A stretch of DNA of 64,000 bases from assembly GCA_963666365.2 (NCBI GenBank), contig CAXXNF010000001.1, positions 1,184,001 to 1,248,000 on the forward strand, given 5' to 3'. How positions within the stretch are numbered: position 1 is the first letter of the stretch; each line of letters opens with the position of its first letter. The position numbers and the translations under genes were made by a program. This document shows, in pieces, positions 36,909-46,160 of this stretch. Below the pieces are notes generated by a model. That model searched no databases. It was not told the origin of the DNA and saw only the letters and a program-made list of their open reading frames with translations. This DNA comes from Syntrophales bacterium (GTDB lineage: Bacteria; Desulfobacterota; Syntrophia; Syntrophales; UBA2210).

Positions 36909-37806
36909 GAGCACTCTCGCACATCAGGGAGGCCAGGGCCAGATCGGCCATGCCCGTTCCTCCGGGAATAAAAGGAACGTTGAGGATCGCCGGACAGCGA
37001 ACCCCGGCGACAATTCCCGCAACCTGAAACCTGCCGATAAAGGTTAACAGTTGCGCAAGGGCATAGCCCGATTCGATGTCGGGGGTCATGTATATATGAC
37101 AGTCTCCCGCCACCGGACTGCGCACCCCCTTTCTTCGTGCCGCATTGCCGTCGAGGGCGCAATCGATATCGATAGGCCCTTCGACGACGGCTCTGCCGAA
37201 TCGCCCCCGTTCCGACATTTTGGACAATGCCGCCGCATCCAGGGTTGAGGGTATCTGAGGATTCACCTGCTCGATCGAGGTCAGAGCCGCGACATGGGGG
37301 CGCTCCATGCCAAGCATGGCGGCCACGGCAAGGGCATTTTCCACGATCATGACCTTTTCCACAAGGGAAGGGGAATCGTTAAGATAGGCATCGGTGACCA
37401 TGGCCAATCGGTTTCTTGCCGCCAGTTCAAAAAGCGCCACATAGCTGGGAAGGCAATTTTTCTTGCCCAGTCCCTTCGGATCAAGCACAGTCCTCACGAA
37501 TGCCGCCTGCGCGACGGCGCCCTGCATAATCATGTCGGCGTTCCCGGATTTCACGATTTCCACGGCTCGGCAGAGGGCCTCTTCTTCACTTTGCGTTGTT
37601 ACTGTTTCCGCCTGCATTTCCGAAAGGATTTCGCGGCACCCCTCCAGATCCTGCTCTCTCCCTACAAACAGAGGGCTGATGAATCCCGCTGCAGAGGCTT
37701 TAAGAATCTCATTGACCACATAACCGGAGGGACGACAGACTACCACGAGCCTTCGGCATGGTCCCTTTTTCGCTTTTTTGATGATATCGGCAAATGATGT
37801 CAGCAT
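36889..37806 (-). CDS. ptb: Phosphate butyryltransferase-like protein (divergent)
   Basis: AV..VK.G.AD..M.G, TDA, P...EK..I..NA, VAAL...E.VNP..PST.DAA.L..M..RG, VEGP...D.A; directly upstream of buk; lacks the C-terminal LTSR motif. Confidence 0.75.
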   Translation of the reverse strand: MLTSFADIIKKAKKGPCRRLVVVCRPSGYVVNEILKASAAGFISPLFVGREQDLEGCREILSEMQAETVTTQSEEEALCRAVEIVKSGNADMIMQGAVAQAAFVRTVLDPKGLGKKNCLPSYVALFELAARNRLAMVTDAYLNDSPSLVEKVMIVENALAVAAMLGMERPHVAALTSIEQVNPQIPSTLDAAALSKMSERGRFGRAVVEGPIDIDCALDGNAARRKGVRSPVAGDCHIYMTPDIESGYALAQLLTFIGRFQVAGIVAGVRCPAILNVPFIPGGTGMADLALASLMCESAHETTKN

Positions 37807-37836
37807 GTTCCCTGAACCACTCCTCCTTCAATATGA

Positions 37837-38433
37837 TCAGGAGAGTGTTGCCCGTCTTAAATCATCCCGTGTATTGAGGTTCCGAAACATTTTGCCCTCT
37901 TCGTCGAAGGATGTAATTACCGACTCCGGAATTTCCTTCGTTTTGCACTGTTTATAGAACCCCCGGATCTTCAGCAGATCCTGATCAATAAGCCTGCGGA
38001 TGAAGGGAAGACATTTTTTTGAATAGATCGCATGAAGGGGCTGAAGCCCCGAGGCAAGGGATGGAACCAGAATATCGTAGGTACGTGGCTGCACCTTCAT
38101 GTAAGAAATAAATTCTTTATTAAGGAAGGGCATGTCGCAGGGTGTCGCGAAGGTGTGTTCGAAGGCGGCGTAAAAAAGCCCCGTATAGAGCCCGCCGAGA
38201 GGACCCTTGCCGGGGAAGATGTCAGTGACGATTTTAACGTCAAACTCCACATAGGCAAGGGGATCGTTGGTCACCACAATCGTTTCCTCGAATGACTCGC
38301 GGAAGATTCCGATAGTCCGCTCAATTATACGCGTACCCTCCACTTCGAGAAAGGCCTTGTTTTCACCCATGCGCCGGTTCTTTCCCCCGGATAGAATGAT
38401 CCCCGTCATGGCCTCACTGTGCTTCTCGGACAC
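37837..38433 (-). CDS. mobA: Molybdenum cofactor guanylyltransferase
   Basis: IILSGG.NRRMG.NKA, D...G.GPLGGL, PCDMPF, QPLHAIY, F.NLNT. Confidence 0.92.
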   Translation of the reverse strand: MSEKHSEAMTGIILSGGKNRRMGENKAFLEVEGTRIIERTIGIFRESFEETIVVTNDPLAYVEFDVKIVTDIFPGKGPLGGLYTGLFYAAFEHTFATPCDMPFLNKEFISYMKVQPRTYDILVPSLASGLQPLHAIYSKKCLPFIRRLIDQDLLKIRGFYKQCKTKEIPESVITSFDEEGKMFRNLNTRDDLRRATLS

Positions 38434-38637
38434 CGTCGCTCACTCTCTTTTCTATCAATATCCGTGGCTATACACAAGCTCGCTCAGCCTGTCAACATTT
38501 CTTCTTTTCTTACCGATATTCCCATTTTTCGTGAGAGAACGCCTTACCACATCTGAAACGGGTTTCTTTTTCATCTAATCTGTGCTTATATGTGGCCGTC
38601 TTGTTCCGACAAGGCATCCTCTTCGAGAGGAATGGCC

Positions 38638-40173
38638 ATGAAACAGAATACTATTACTAAAAAAGCATCTGTCCATATCAGCTCATCGCTTCAAGGAAAA
38701 CCCGACGGCGACGCTCCGCACCTCGACGGTCCCTTTGATGAGGATTTCTACAAAATTCTGGCCAATAATTCCCAGGTCGGCGTGTATATCATGCAGGAAG
38801 GGAAATTTCTCTTTGTCAACACACGCATTCTCGATTACTCCGGCTATGTGGAAGAAGAGCTGCTTGCACTGAACTCGACCGACATCATTCACCCCCAGGA
38901 CAGAGCGATGGTAGCCAAGCAGGCAAGCCGCATGCTGAAGGGCCAGAGGTTTTCCCCTTATGAATTCAGAGTCATCACCCGGGACGGGCGCGTAAAGTGG
39001 ATTATGGAGACAATCACATCCATAAGCTTCAGGGGATCGCAGGCCATCCTGGGCAATTCCATGGATATTACCGAGCAAAAGGAAGCGCGCAAACGCCTTG
39101 AAGAACTGGAAGCCCTGGAATCCTCTATTCTTGACGCCATCCCTCAGGCGGTGGTGGGGCTGCACAACCGACGCATCAATTTTGCGAATCACGCCGTCAG
39201 AAACATATTCGGCTGGAGCAGGGAGGAACTCATCGGTAAATACGTAACCATATTCTACCGCAATGACGATGACGCCGATACGATTGCCCGTCTTTTCTAC
39301 ACAACACTGGAAACACAGAGAACCTTTATTACCGAATTCCCCTGCAGGCGAAAAGACGGCCGTGAAATTCTCTGCAGGATGAAAGCGTCCCGTATCGGTG
39401 AGAAACTTCGGGAACGGCGCATTGTCATAACCTACGAAGACATCACCGAGCAGAAAAAGGCGGAGGAAGAACTCGAGCGCTCCCATGAAGAACTGAGAAG
39501 TCTTTCCACGCACCTGCAACTGGTACGCGAAAAGGAAAGCACCCGCATCGCCCGCAGGATTCATGACGAGCTGGGGCAATCACTGACGGCTCTCCAGATG
39601 GACCTTTCCTGGCTGGATAACCGGCTGCCGAAGCGATCAACTGTCCTCCGGGAAAAGGCAGGAAAAATGGCCCGTCTGGTCGACTCCACCATTGACAGTG
39701 TGCACAGGATCTCCACGGAGCTGCGACCGATCCTGCTCGACGATCTGGGACTTCTTGCGGCGATTGAATGGCAGGCCAATGACTTTCAGAACCGGTCGGG
39801 CATTGCCTGCGAGGTGACCTTTGACTGCAGGGAACGGTCGATCAACAAAGATGCGGCCACCGCCCTGTTTCGCATTTTTCAGGAGACCCTTACCAATGTC
39901 GCCCGCCATGCCAGTGCCACCGCTGTCGCTTTGACATTGAAGGAAACGGGAAACGAACTTATCATGGAGGTTGCCGACAACGGGCGCGGCATTACGGACG
40001 AACAGATTGAAGATTCCAGTTCCTTCGGAATAATGGGCATGCGGGAACGGGCCAACTTTTTGGGCGGCGCCGTTCATCTTAAGGGACAACACTTCAGGGG
40101 AACGACGGTCAGTGTCACCATTCCACTGCACCAGGAAGGAGCATCCGATGATACGCATTCTCGTGGCCGATGA
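38638..40173 (+). CDS. Cytoplasmic PAS-PAS sensor histidine kinase (HisKA_3, NarX/UhpB type)
   Basis: Two PAS/PAC domains; RE.E..RIAR.IHDELGQ.LT; LRP..LDDLGL; FRI.QE.LTNV.RHA; DNG.G; G..GMRER. Confidence 0.93.
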   Translation: MKQNTITKKASVHISSSLQGKPDGDAPHLDGPFDEDFYKILANNSQVGVYIMQEGKFLFVNTRILDYSGYVEEELLALNSTDIIHPQDRAMVAKQASRMLKGQRFSPYEFRVITRDGRVKWIMETITSISFRGSQAILGNSMDITEQKEARKRLEELEALESSILDAIPQAVVGLHNRRINFANHAVRNIFGWSREELIGKYVTIFYRNDDDADTIARLFYTTLETQRTFITEFPCRRKDGREILCRMKASRIGEKLRERRIVITYEDITEQKKAEEELERSHEELRSLSTHLQLVREKESTRIARRIHDELGQSLTALQMDLSWLDNRLPKRSTVLREKAGKMARLVDSTIDSVHRISTELRPILLDDLGLLAAIEWQANDFQNRSGIACEVTFDCRERSINKDAATALFRIFQETLTNVARHASATAVALTLKETGNELIMEVADNGRGITDEQIEDSSSFGIMGMRERANFLGGAVHLKGQHFRGTTVSVTIPLHQEGASDDTHSRGR

Positions 40174-40777
40174 TCACGCCGTTGTGCGCGAAGGGGTAAA
40201 ACAGATAATTGCCGATGTCCGCGACATGGAGGTAAAAGACGAAGCGACCAACGGCCAGGAAACACTGCATAAAATATCGAAGCACTCCTATGACGTGATC
40301 CTTCTGGATATTTCAATGCCGGGCAGAAGCGGCCTCGAAGTCCTGGAAGAGATCAAGAATCAGTACCCCCGGCTTCCCGTACTGATACTCAGTATGCATC
40401 CCGAAGAACAGTACGCCGTAAGAGCGTTACGCGCCGGTGCATCGGGCTATCTTACAAAGGCAAGCGCGCCCCAGGAACTGATCGGCGCCATACGCAAGGC
40501 ATCTATGGGAGGCAAGTATGTCACCCAGTCTCTGGCGGAAAAACTGGCGCTGGAGCTCGATCTGGGAACCGAGAAGCCTCGTCACGAACTGCTCTCAAAC
40601 CGCGAATATCAGGTGATGCTCATGATTGCTTCCGGCAAATCGGTCACGGAAATAGCAGCCGACCTGTGCCTGAGCGTGAAAACCATCAGCACCTATCGGG
40701 GACGCATCATGGAAAAGATGGCCATGAAAAAAAATGCCGAACTCACCCTTTATGCCGTAGAGAACAAGCTGCTCTGA
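40148..40777 (+). CDS. NarL/UvrY-family response regulator
   Basis: ILVADDH..VREG, LLDISMP, LSM, GYLTK, LS.RE..V..G....EIA..L.LS.KT.STYR. Confidence 0.95.
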   Translation: MIRILVADDHAVVREGVKQIIADVRDMEVKDEATNGQETLHKISKHSYDVILLDISMPGRSGLEVLEEIKNQYPRLPVLILSMHPEEQYAVRALRAGASGYLTKASAPQELIGAIRKASMGGKYVTQSLAEKLALELDLGTEKPRHELLSNREYQVMLMIASGKSVTEIAADLCLSVKTISTYRGRIMEKMAMKKNAELTLYAVENKLL

Positions 40778-41006
40778 ACCGCTCATCGTGTAAGATAAAT
40801 CCCGCCGATATCTCAGGCGCCACTACACTAAAAGTCAGACAAATACCGTCATACTGTGTATCGACCTTCCGACAGAAGAAAGAGACACCGCCCGATAGAT
40901 TCTCTATGACAGTCGTGCTAGACACTCTATACTCCTTGATTTCATGGAACCTACGGTCTTAGGGGGGGCGGAAGACCTTAGAGCAAATTGATGCAGAGGT
41001 AGAGTC

Positions 41007-43688
41007 ATGGCACACAGGATGAGTAAATTTTCTGACAACATGGAAAATGCACCACACTTCGAAAACGTGTCTCCCGGAACAGAGCAGACGCTTCTGGGCG
41101 CAGAGGAAAAGGCAATCCTCCGCCGGGCGGTGCGGGAAAATCGAAGTTACCTGATGGAACACGAATGCAAAGAAATCCTCGAAGGAATGGGCATTATCAC
41201 CACGGGATTTCTTGTAGCCGCCACGGAGGACGATGCCGTGGAAATGAGCAGGCGTGTGGGATATCCTGTGGTCCTGAAGATCGTCTCGCCCGACGTGGTT
41301 CATAAAACCGACGCCGGAGGCGTCACACTTAATCTGACAGACGATGAGGCCGTAAGGGCAGCCTATCGGGATCTCATGGAGACATTCAAATATCAGCATA
41401 TCGTGGGCCTCTCCGTTCAGAGGATGGCGGCGCCGGGAATCGAAGCCATCATTGGCGTGACGCGCGATCCATCCTTCGGACCCGTCCTTATGTTCGGCCT
41501 GGGGGGCGTTTTCGTGGAGGTGCTGAAAGATGTGTCCTTCAGGGTGCTCCCCATCACCGAGCGGGATGCCGACGAGATGATCGAAGAAATCAAGGGAGCT
41601 GCGCTTCTCAAAGGCTATCGGGGCCATTCCGTTGATATCCCCTCTCTGAAATATCTGCTTCTCCGGATTTCACAGCTTGGCGTCGAGCACCCCGAAATCA
41701 GAGACCTCGACCTGAATCCCGTATTTCTCTATCCCGACGGGTACCTGACCGTCGACGCACGGATTTTTGTCGAAGAAGTCCCTGAGAAAATCCATGAACA
41801 GAAACGTGGCTCGGGAGATCTGCGCGACTTCTTCTACCCGCGAAGCATCGCCGTCCTCGGCGCCACCGATACACAACACAAGCTCGGCTATAATGTCTTT
41901 CATAATCTCATTTCTCATGATTTTAAGGGAGCGCTCTATCCGATCAATCCCCGGAAAGAATCCGTGCTCGGCATCAAGGCCTACGCCTCAATTCTCGATG
42001 TGGAAGATCCCGTCGATGTGGCCATTGTTATTGTGCCTGCTGATGCGGCTACTCGGGCAATAGAGGAATGCTGCGAAAAGGGGGTGCGCTACATTGTTGT
42101 TGAAACGGCGGGTTTTGCCGAAACGGGCGACGACGGTAAACGGGCCCAGTCACACCTCGAAGAGATCGTGAGGAGCAAGGAGTGCCGCATTCTCGGCCCC
42201 AACTGCTCCGGCGTGATCAATACCCATCACCATATGGTGCAATCCCTTGGCATACTTGACGATCTCGGCAAGGGAAACGTCGGGCTGATCGCCCAGGCGG
42301 GCGTCTATGCCGCCGGCATTCTCACGGGACTTCGCCACATTATCGATTTCGGCATCGTGGCAACCATCGGCAACAAAATGGATATCAACGAAACGGACAT
42401 CCTTGAATATATGGGTGACGATGAACACATCGATGTTATCGCCATGTATATGGAAGACGTGAAAAGCGGCAAACGCTTTGTCGATGTCGCCGAACGGGTG
42501 TCAGCCAAAAAGCCTGTGGTGGTCCTTAAGGCGGGAAGAACGGAAGCGGGTAAAAAAGCCGTTTCGTCCCATACGGCATCGATGGCCGGCAATGACAAAA
42601 TAAACAGCGCCGCCTTCAGACAGAGCGGCATTATCAGGGCCCGGGACAATGAACATCTGTTCGCCCTGATGCGGGCGTTCTCAAAACAGCCCATCCCCTG
42701 GGGCAGCAGCGTGATGGTAATTACCTACACCGGTTCGCTGGGAGTGGCCGCCACGGACATGCTGTACCTCAGCAATCTGAGGCTCGGCGCCCTGGAGCCT
42801 TATCTGCAGAACAGACTGCGAAACGTGCTGCCCTCTTATCTGAATATTCAGAACCCCGTCGACTGTTCTTTCAGCATGGACCCGGCCCAGGTGAAAAGCC
42901 TGATCGAAATCGGCGTTGAAAGCAGCGACGTGGACAGCTTTATCGTCATTATACAGGGCGAGATGATGGCCTCTTTCGTGGACACCCTGAAACATATCGA
43001 TTACCGGGGAAAGCCGATTGTCTGCTGCGTGGCCTGTAAGGAATTCATGATGGACAACGTAATAAAAATGGAACAGGCCGGCATCCCCGTCTACTCCACC
43101 TCTGAAATGGCGGCGGAGGTGCTGGGTGAGATGTATCGGTACGGCGTCAGACAGCGCACGACGATCTCCGATTCCATTGCCCGGCATCTGAAACAGGATA
43201 GGCTGGTGATTGACAATGTCCCTCTGCGCCTCCGCCTGATCAACCAAAGCGACATCGACTCATGGATGAACTTCGTCAACGGCTGCTCTCCTCGTTCCCT
43301 GTGGATGCGCTTTTTGTCTCCCTTCGTGCCGACCCCCCAGAGGGCACGGCGTTTCTGTGATCTCGATCCAGCGCGCGAAGTTGCGGTGGTGGCGGAGATG
43401 ACCGAGGACGATCACAGCAAATTGGTAGGGATTGCCCGTCTTCTCAAGGATCCCGGATGCAAGGAGGCTGATTACGCCCTCATAGTAGCGGACCCCTGGC
43501 AAAGAAAAATGCTCGGGTGCCTCATGTCGGAACAGTGCCTGGAGCTTGCCCGGCACTGGGGCGTCAACAAGGTCAAGGCGGAAACGATTCAGCAGAACTT
43601 TCCCATGCTTCGGGTGTTGAAGCACTGTAACTTCTCTCTTGAGTTCAAGGACGGCAACATGGTCTTCATGTCGCGCGATCTGGAATAG
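41007..43688 (+). CDS. ADP-forming acyl-CoA synthetase-like / GNAT acetyltransferase fusion (order: ATP-grasp beta - CoA-binding/ligase alpha - GNAT)
   Basis: GYPVVLKIVSP...HKTD.GGV, D..FGP..MFGLGG, LDLNP, VDAR (beta); P.SIAVLGA, YPINP, LGPNC.G, SSHTAS (alpha); S..S...RF, GIAR, V.D.WQ...LG (GNAT). Confidence 0.85.
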   Translation: MAHRMSKFSDNMENAPHFENVSPGTEQTLLGAEEKAILRRAVRENRSYLMEHECKEILEGMGIITTGFLVAATEDDAVEMSRRVGYPVVLKIVSPDVVHKTDAGGVTLNLTDDEAVRAAYRDLMETFKYQHIVGLSVQRMAAPGIEAIIGVTRDPSFGPVLMFGLGGVFVEVLKDVSFRVLPITERDADEMIEEIKGAALLKGYRGHSVDIPSLKYLLLRISQLGVEHPEIRDLDLNPVFLYPDGYLTVDARIFVEEVPEKIHEQKRGSGDLRDFFYPRSIAVLGATDTQHKLGYNVFHNLISHDFKGALYPINPRKESVLGIKAYASILDVEDPVDVAIVIVPADAATRAIEECCEKGVRYIVVETAGFAETGDDGKRAQSHLEEIVRSKECRILGPNCSGVINTHHHMVQSLGILDDLGKGNVGLIAQAGVYAAGILTGLRHIIDFGIVATIGNKMDINETDILEYMGDDEHIDVIAMYMEDVKSGKRFVDVAERVSAKKPVVVLKAGRTEAGKKAVSSHTASMAGNDKINSAAFRQSGIIRARDNEHLFALMRAFSKQPIPWGSSVMVITYTGSLGVAATDMLYLSNLRLGALEPYLQNRLRNVLPSYLNIQNPVDCSFSMDPAQVKSLIEIGVESSDVDSFIVIIQGEMMASFVDTLKHIDYRGKPIVCCVACKEFMMDNVIKMEQAGIPVYSTSEMAAEVLGEMYRYGVRQRTTISDSIARHLKQDRLVIDNVPLRLRLINQSDIDSWMNFVNGCSPRSLWMRFLSPFVPTPQRARRFCDLDPAREVAVVAEMTEDDHSKLVGIARLLKDPGCKEADYALIVADPWQRKMLGCLMSEQCLELARHWGVNKVKAETIQQNFPMLRVLKHCNFSLEFKDGNMVFMSRDLE

Positions 43689-43947
43689 ATTTTACTGTCC
43701 GCTACGGGAGATTCGCCCCTCGATCATATTGATCGACTTCTCCCCGAAAGGGAAGCTGCTTCCTCGGAGGTTGCAGCTTTCCTTTCTTTTTTTGCAGTCA
43801 AACCTTATTGGCCATCAGGTCGTTACGAAAAAAACTTGCGAAAACGCACGCCTGGTATTAGCATCATCCCTGTTCCATCATTATTGCAACATTGAACCGT
43901 TCGATCCGGGAAACCCTATCATGCAAAGGGCAGAAAAGGAGGTACCC

Positions 43948-44769
43948 ATGAATTACACCACTATTTTTGTTACGATTGACGAAGGAATCGCCATCATTAC
44001 CTTGAATCGCCCTGAGGCCATGAATGCCTGGAACGCAGCCATGGCGATCGAAATTACCGATGCACTGACTACTCTCGACCGGGATGATACGATTCGCGCC
44101 ATTGTCGTTACCGGGGCCGGATCTGTTTTTTGCGCCGGCGCCGACCTCTCGGGCAACGATGCATTCCCTACCGATGAACAGGACTATGCCGGCCTGCGAA
44201 GGGCCCTCGGCTTTCCCTCCATCATGCCCCGGCAGCTCAGGAAGCCCGTACTCGCTGCCATTAACGGCCATGCCATCGGCGTGGGCATTACCTTTCCCAT
44301 GTCCTGCGATATCCGTTTCGTGGCCGAAGATGCCAAGATCCAGTTCGCCTTCGTACGCCGCGGCATTCTGCCGGAGCTTTCGTCCCACATAACCGTGGCG
44401 CGAGTGGCGGGCTTTTCCACGGCGGCCGACCTGATGCTGACGGGAAGAGTGATCAGGGGAAAGGAATTTGCGGCAATGGGGCTTGCCTCCGAGGCGCTTC
44501 CGGCAGCCGACGTGCTTCCGGCGACGATTGAACGGGCACGGGAGTTTCATAAAGCGGCCCCCGTTTCGGTCGCCATATCGAAACGCTTCCTCTGGGAGGG
44601 ACTCACCTCATCGGCCGCTGAAATCGACGCAAGGGAATTTCCCCTCTTCGTATGGATATGCGCACAACCCGATGCAGCCGAAGGAGTCATGTCCTTTCTG
44701 GAAAAACGGAATCCCCGATGGACCATGAAGGTAACGAGCGACCTTCCCGATCTGCTTGATAAAAAATAA
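43948..44769 (+). CDS. Enoyl-CoA hydratase/isomerase (crotonase) family protein
   Basis: ITLNRPE.MNA, FCAGADL, KP..AAING.AIG.G, CDIR, F..RG..PE, EG..SF.EKR.P. Start set after AAGGAGG. Confidence 0.92.
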   Translation: MNYTTIFVTIDEGIAIITLNRPEAMNAWNAAMAIEITDALTTLDRDDTIRAIVVTGAGSVFCAGADLSGNDAFPTDEQDYAGLRRALGFPSIMPRQLRKPVLAAINGHAIGVGITFPMSCDIRFVAEDAKIQFAFVRRGILPELSSHITVARVAGFSTAADLMLTGRVIRGKEFAAMGLASEALPAADVLPATIERAREFHKAAPVSVAISKRFLWEGLTSSAAEIDAREFPLFVWICAQPDAAEGVMSFLEKRNPRWTMKVTSDLPDLLDKK

Positions 44770-45167
44770 TGTCTTCTACGAATACACCTACTGTTCATTT
44801 TACCGATACAACGGGTGGAGCGGTTGCGGCGCGGCAATGGAATTTCGGGGACGGCGTCACGAGCACCGATCAGAACCTGATCCATACCTACAGTCAGTAC
44901 GGAAAATACTCCTCATGCCTCACGGTGACCGCACCCTGCGGATCCCGCAGTACAACGAAACATCACTACATCTTTGTCTTCCATCAGGGAGTTGACGTCA
45001 ACGGTGACTCCACAATAGATCTGGCCGATGCGATCACGGCTCTGCAAATCACCGCCTATCATAAGGATGGGGTCATTCGAACGAATCAGGCACCCGACGT
45101 CAACAGCGACGGGAAAACGGGAATCGAAGAGGCGATATATTTACTGCGATGGTTATCGGAGGATTAA
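44769..45167 (+). CDS. Small PKD-domain + dockerin-like protein, possibly a truncated remnant
   Basis: V.FTD......W.FGDG.TST.QN..H.Y...G.Y...LTV (PKD); two motifs DVNGDSTIDLADAI..LQ and DVNSDGKTGIEEAI..L; no signal peptide. Confidence 0.65.
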   Translation: MSSTNTPTVHFTDTTGGAVAARQWNFGDGVTSTDQNLIHTYSQYGKYSSCLTVTAPCGSRSTTKHHYIFVFHQGVDVNGDSTIDLADAITALQITAYHKDGVIRTNQAPDVNSDGKTGIEEAIYLLRWLSED

Positions 45168-45459
45168 TTTTTTATTTACATTTTCCGCAGAATCTGTTAC
45201 TGACCATCCAGCACTATGGTCACAGTAATGCGGGCGGTCACCCACCTCCTTCTCCACGCCCGCATTACACCTCCTATCTCTTCGATACAATTGCATATCA
45301 TTCAACATTCTTCCGAGTACAGCTTCTTTGAATGCGTTCCTACATCAAGGTCATACAGTGACCCGATTTACATATTTTTTTAAATTTACAAATATTTCGG
45401 GATACAGGAACTGCCGTTTTCGAACGAATATTATCGGCAAAACCGGAATAAAGGAATGG

Positions 45460-45499
45460 AAAAGAAAAGATAGGGCCTGCAGCTCACGCCGCAAGCCCT
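45460..45499 (-). terminator. Rho-independent terminator downstream of tRNA-Val
   Basis: Minus strand AGGGCTTGCGG-CGTGAG-CTGCAGGCCCT (11-bp stem, two G-U pairs) followed by ATCTTTTCTTTT. Confidence 0.75.
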
Positions 45500-45507
45500 T
45501 GAAATCA

Positions 45508-45582
45508 TGGTAGGCGGTACTGGATTTGAACCAGTGACTTCTACCGTGTGAAGGTAGCACTCTCCCGCTGAGTTAACCGCCC
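45508..45582 (-). tRNA. tRNA-Val (anticodon CAC), CCA encoded
   Basis: Reverse complement GGGCGGTTAACTCAGCGGGAGAGTGCTACCTTCACACGGTAGAAGTCACTGGTTCAAATCCAGTACCGCCTACCA: 7-bp acceptor stem, CTACC/GGTAG anticodon stem, TTCAAAT T-loop. Confidence 0.97.
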
Positions 45583-45689
45583 GGATGAGGCCTGTGACAT
45601 TATCCTAAAGTGTCGTTGATTGCAAGCCAAAAATCCATGGGAGGCATGATTTTAAAGGAAGATTGTGCGGTTCAATACCCGTTCTCAAA

Positions 45690-45718
45690 TTGACTTAATT
45701 CCTATTTTTTTCTATTAT
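45690..45718 (+). promoter_or_regulatory. Putative sigma70 promoter
   Basis: TTGACT(45690)-17 nt-TATTAT(45713). Confidence 0.55.
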
Positions 45719-45766
45719 ATAGGTGCGGACAAAAAAAGGCCGACAGCGGCCGGAGGGAGGTTACAG

Positions 45767-46060
45767 ATGAAAGCGAGTATCATTTTTACCGGTACGGGCC
45801 CTATTCTTATTCTCACCTCATACGCATCCTTAACTGATCCGGATTTCGTCGATAAGCTTGCGGCAAAGGGAATCAAAAAGTTCATCGCCTCGGAGCTTCC
45901 GCTTGAGGAAGTCAAAAAGAAGTACGGAGAGCACTTTACTATAATTCTGAATGACCTGCACCAGACCGACGACCTTCGGGTCCTCGACTACAACGGCTAC
46001 AACATATTCAATTCTTTCTCCTTTGCAGAAATGGGCAAACCGATTTACTACGAACCGTAA
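45767..46060 (+). CDS. Small hypothetical cytoplasmic protein (97 aa)
   Basis: Strong GGAGG RBS, own promoter, protein-like composition (IIFTGTGPILILTS...KGIKKFIA.E...DLRVLDYNG). Confidence 0.75.
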   Translation: MKASIIFTGTGPILILTSYASLTDPDFVDKLAAKGIKKFIASELPLEEVKKKYGEHFTIILNDLHQTDDLRVLDYNGYNIFNSFSFAEMGKPIYYEP

Positions 46061-46160
46061 GATCTTCTATTGACCGGGCAGCGTGCCGAAAGGAAAAGAC
46101 AGCATCAACAACGTGCGGGGAGCATTATCGCCAAATCTCCCCGAATGAGGGGGTGTGTCT

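Noticed and set aside
43689..43947. Riboswitch or ncRNA in the longer intergenic regions (also 4218-4398, 17810-18124, 53283-53477, 63227-63699)
   Set aside because: No recognisable consensus for SAM, cobalamin, TPP, c-di-GMP or fluoride riboswitches by eye; an Infernal/Rfam scan is needed to exclude them.
45508..45582. Integrated element or prophage at tRNA-Val
   Set aside because: No integrase, phage genes or att duplication seen; kept only as a weak scar hypothesis.
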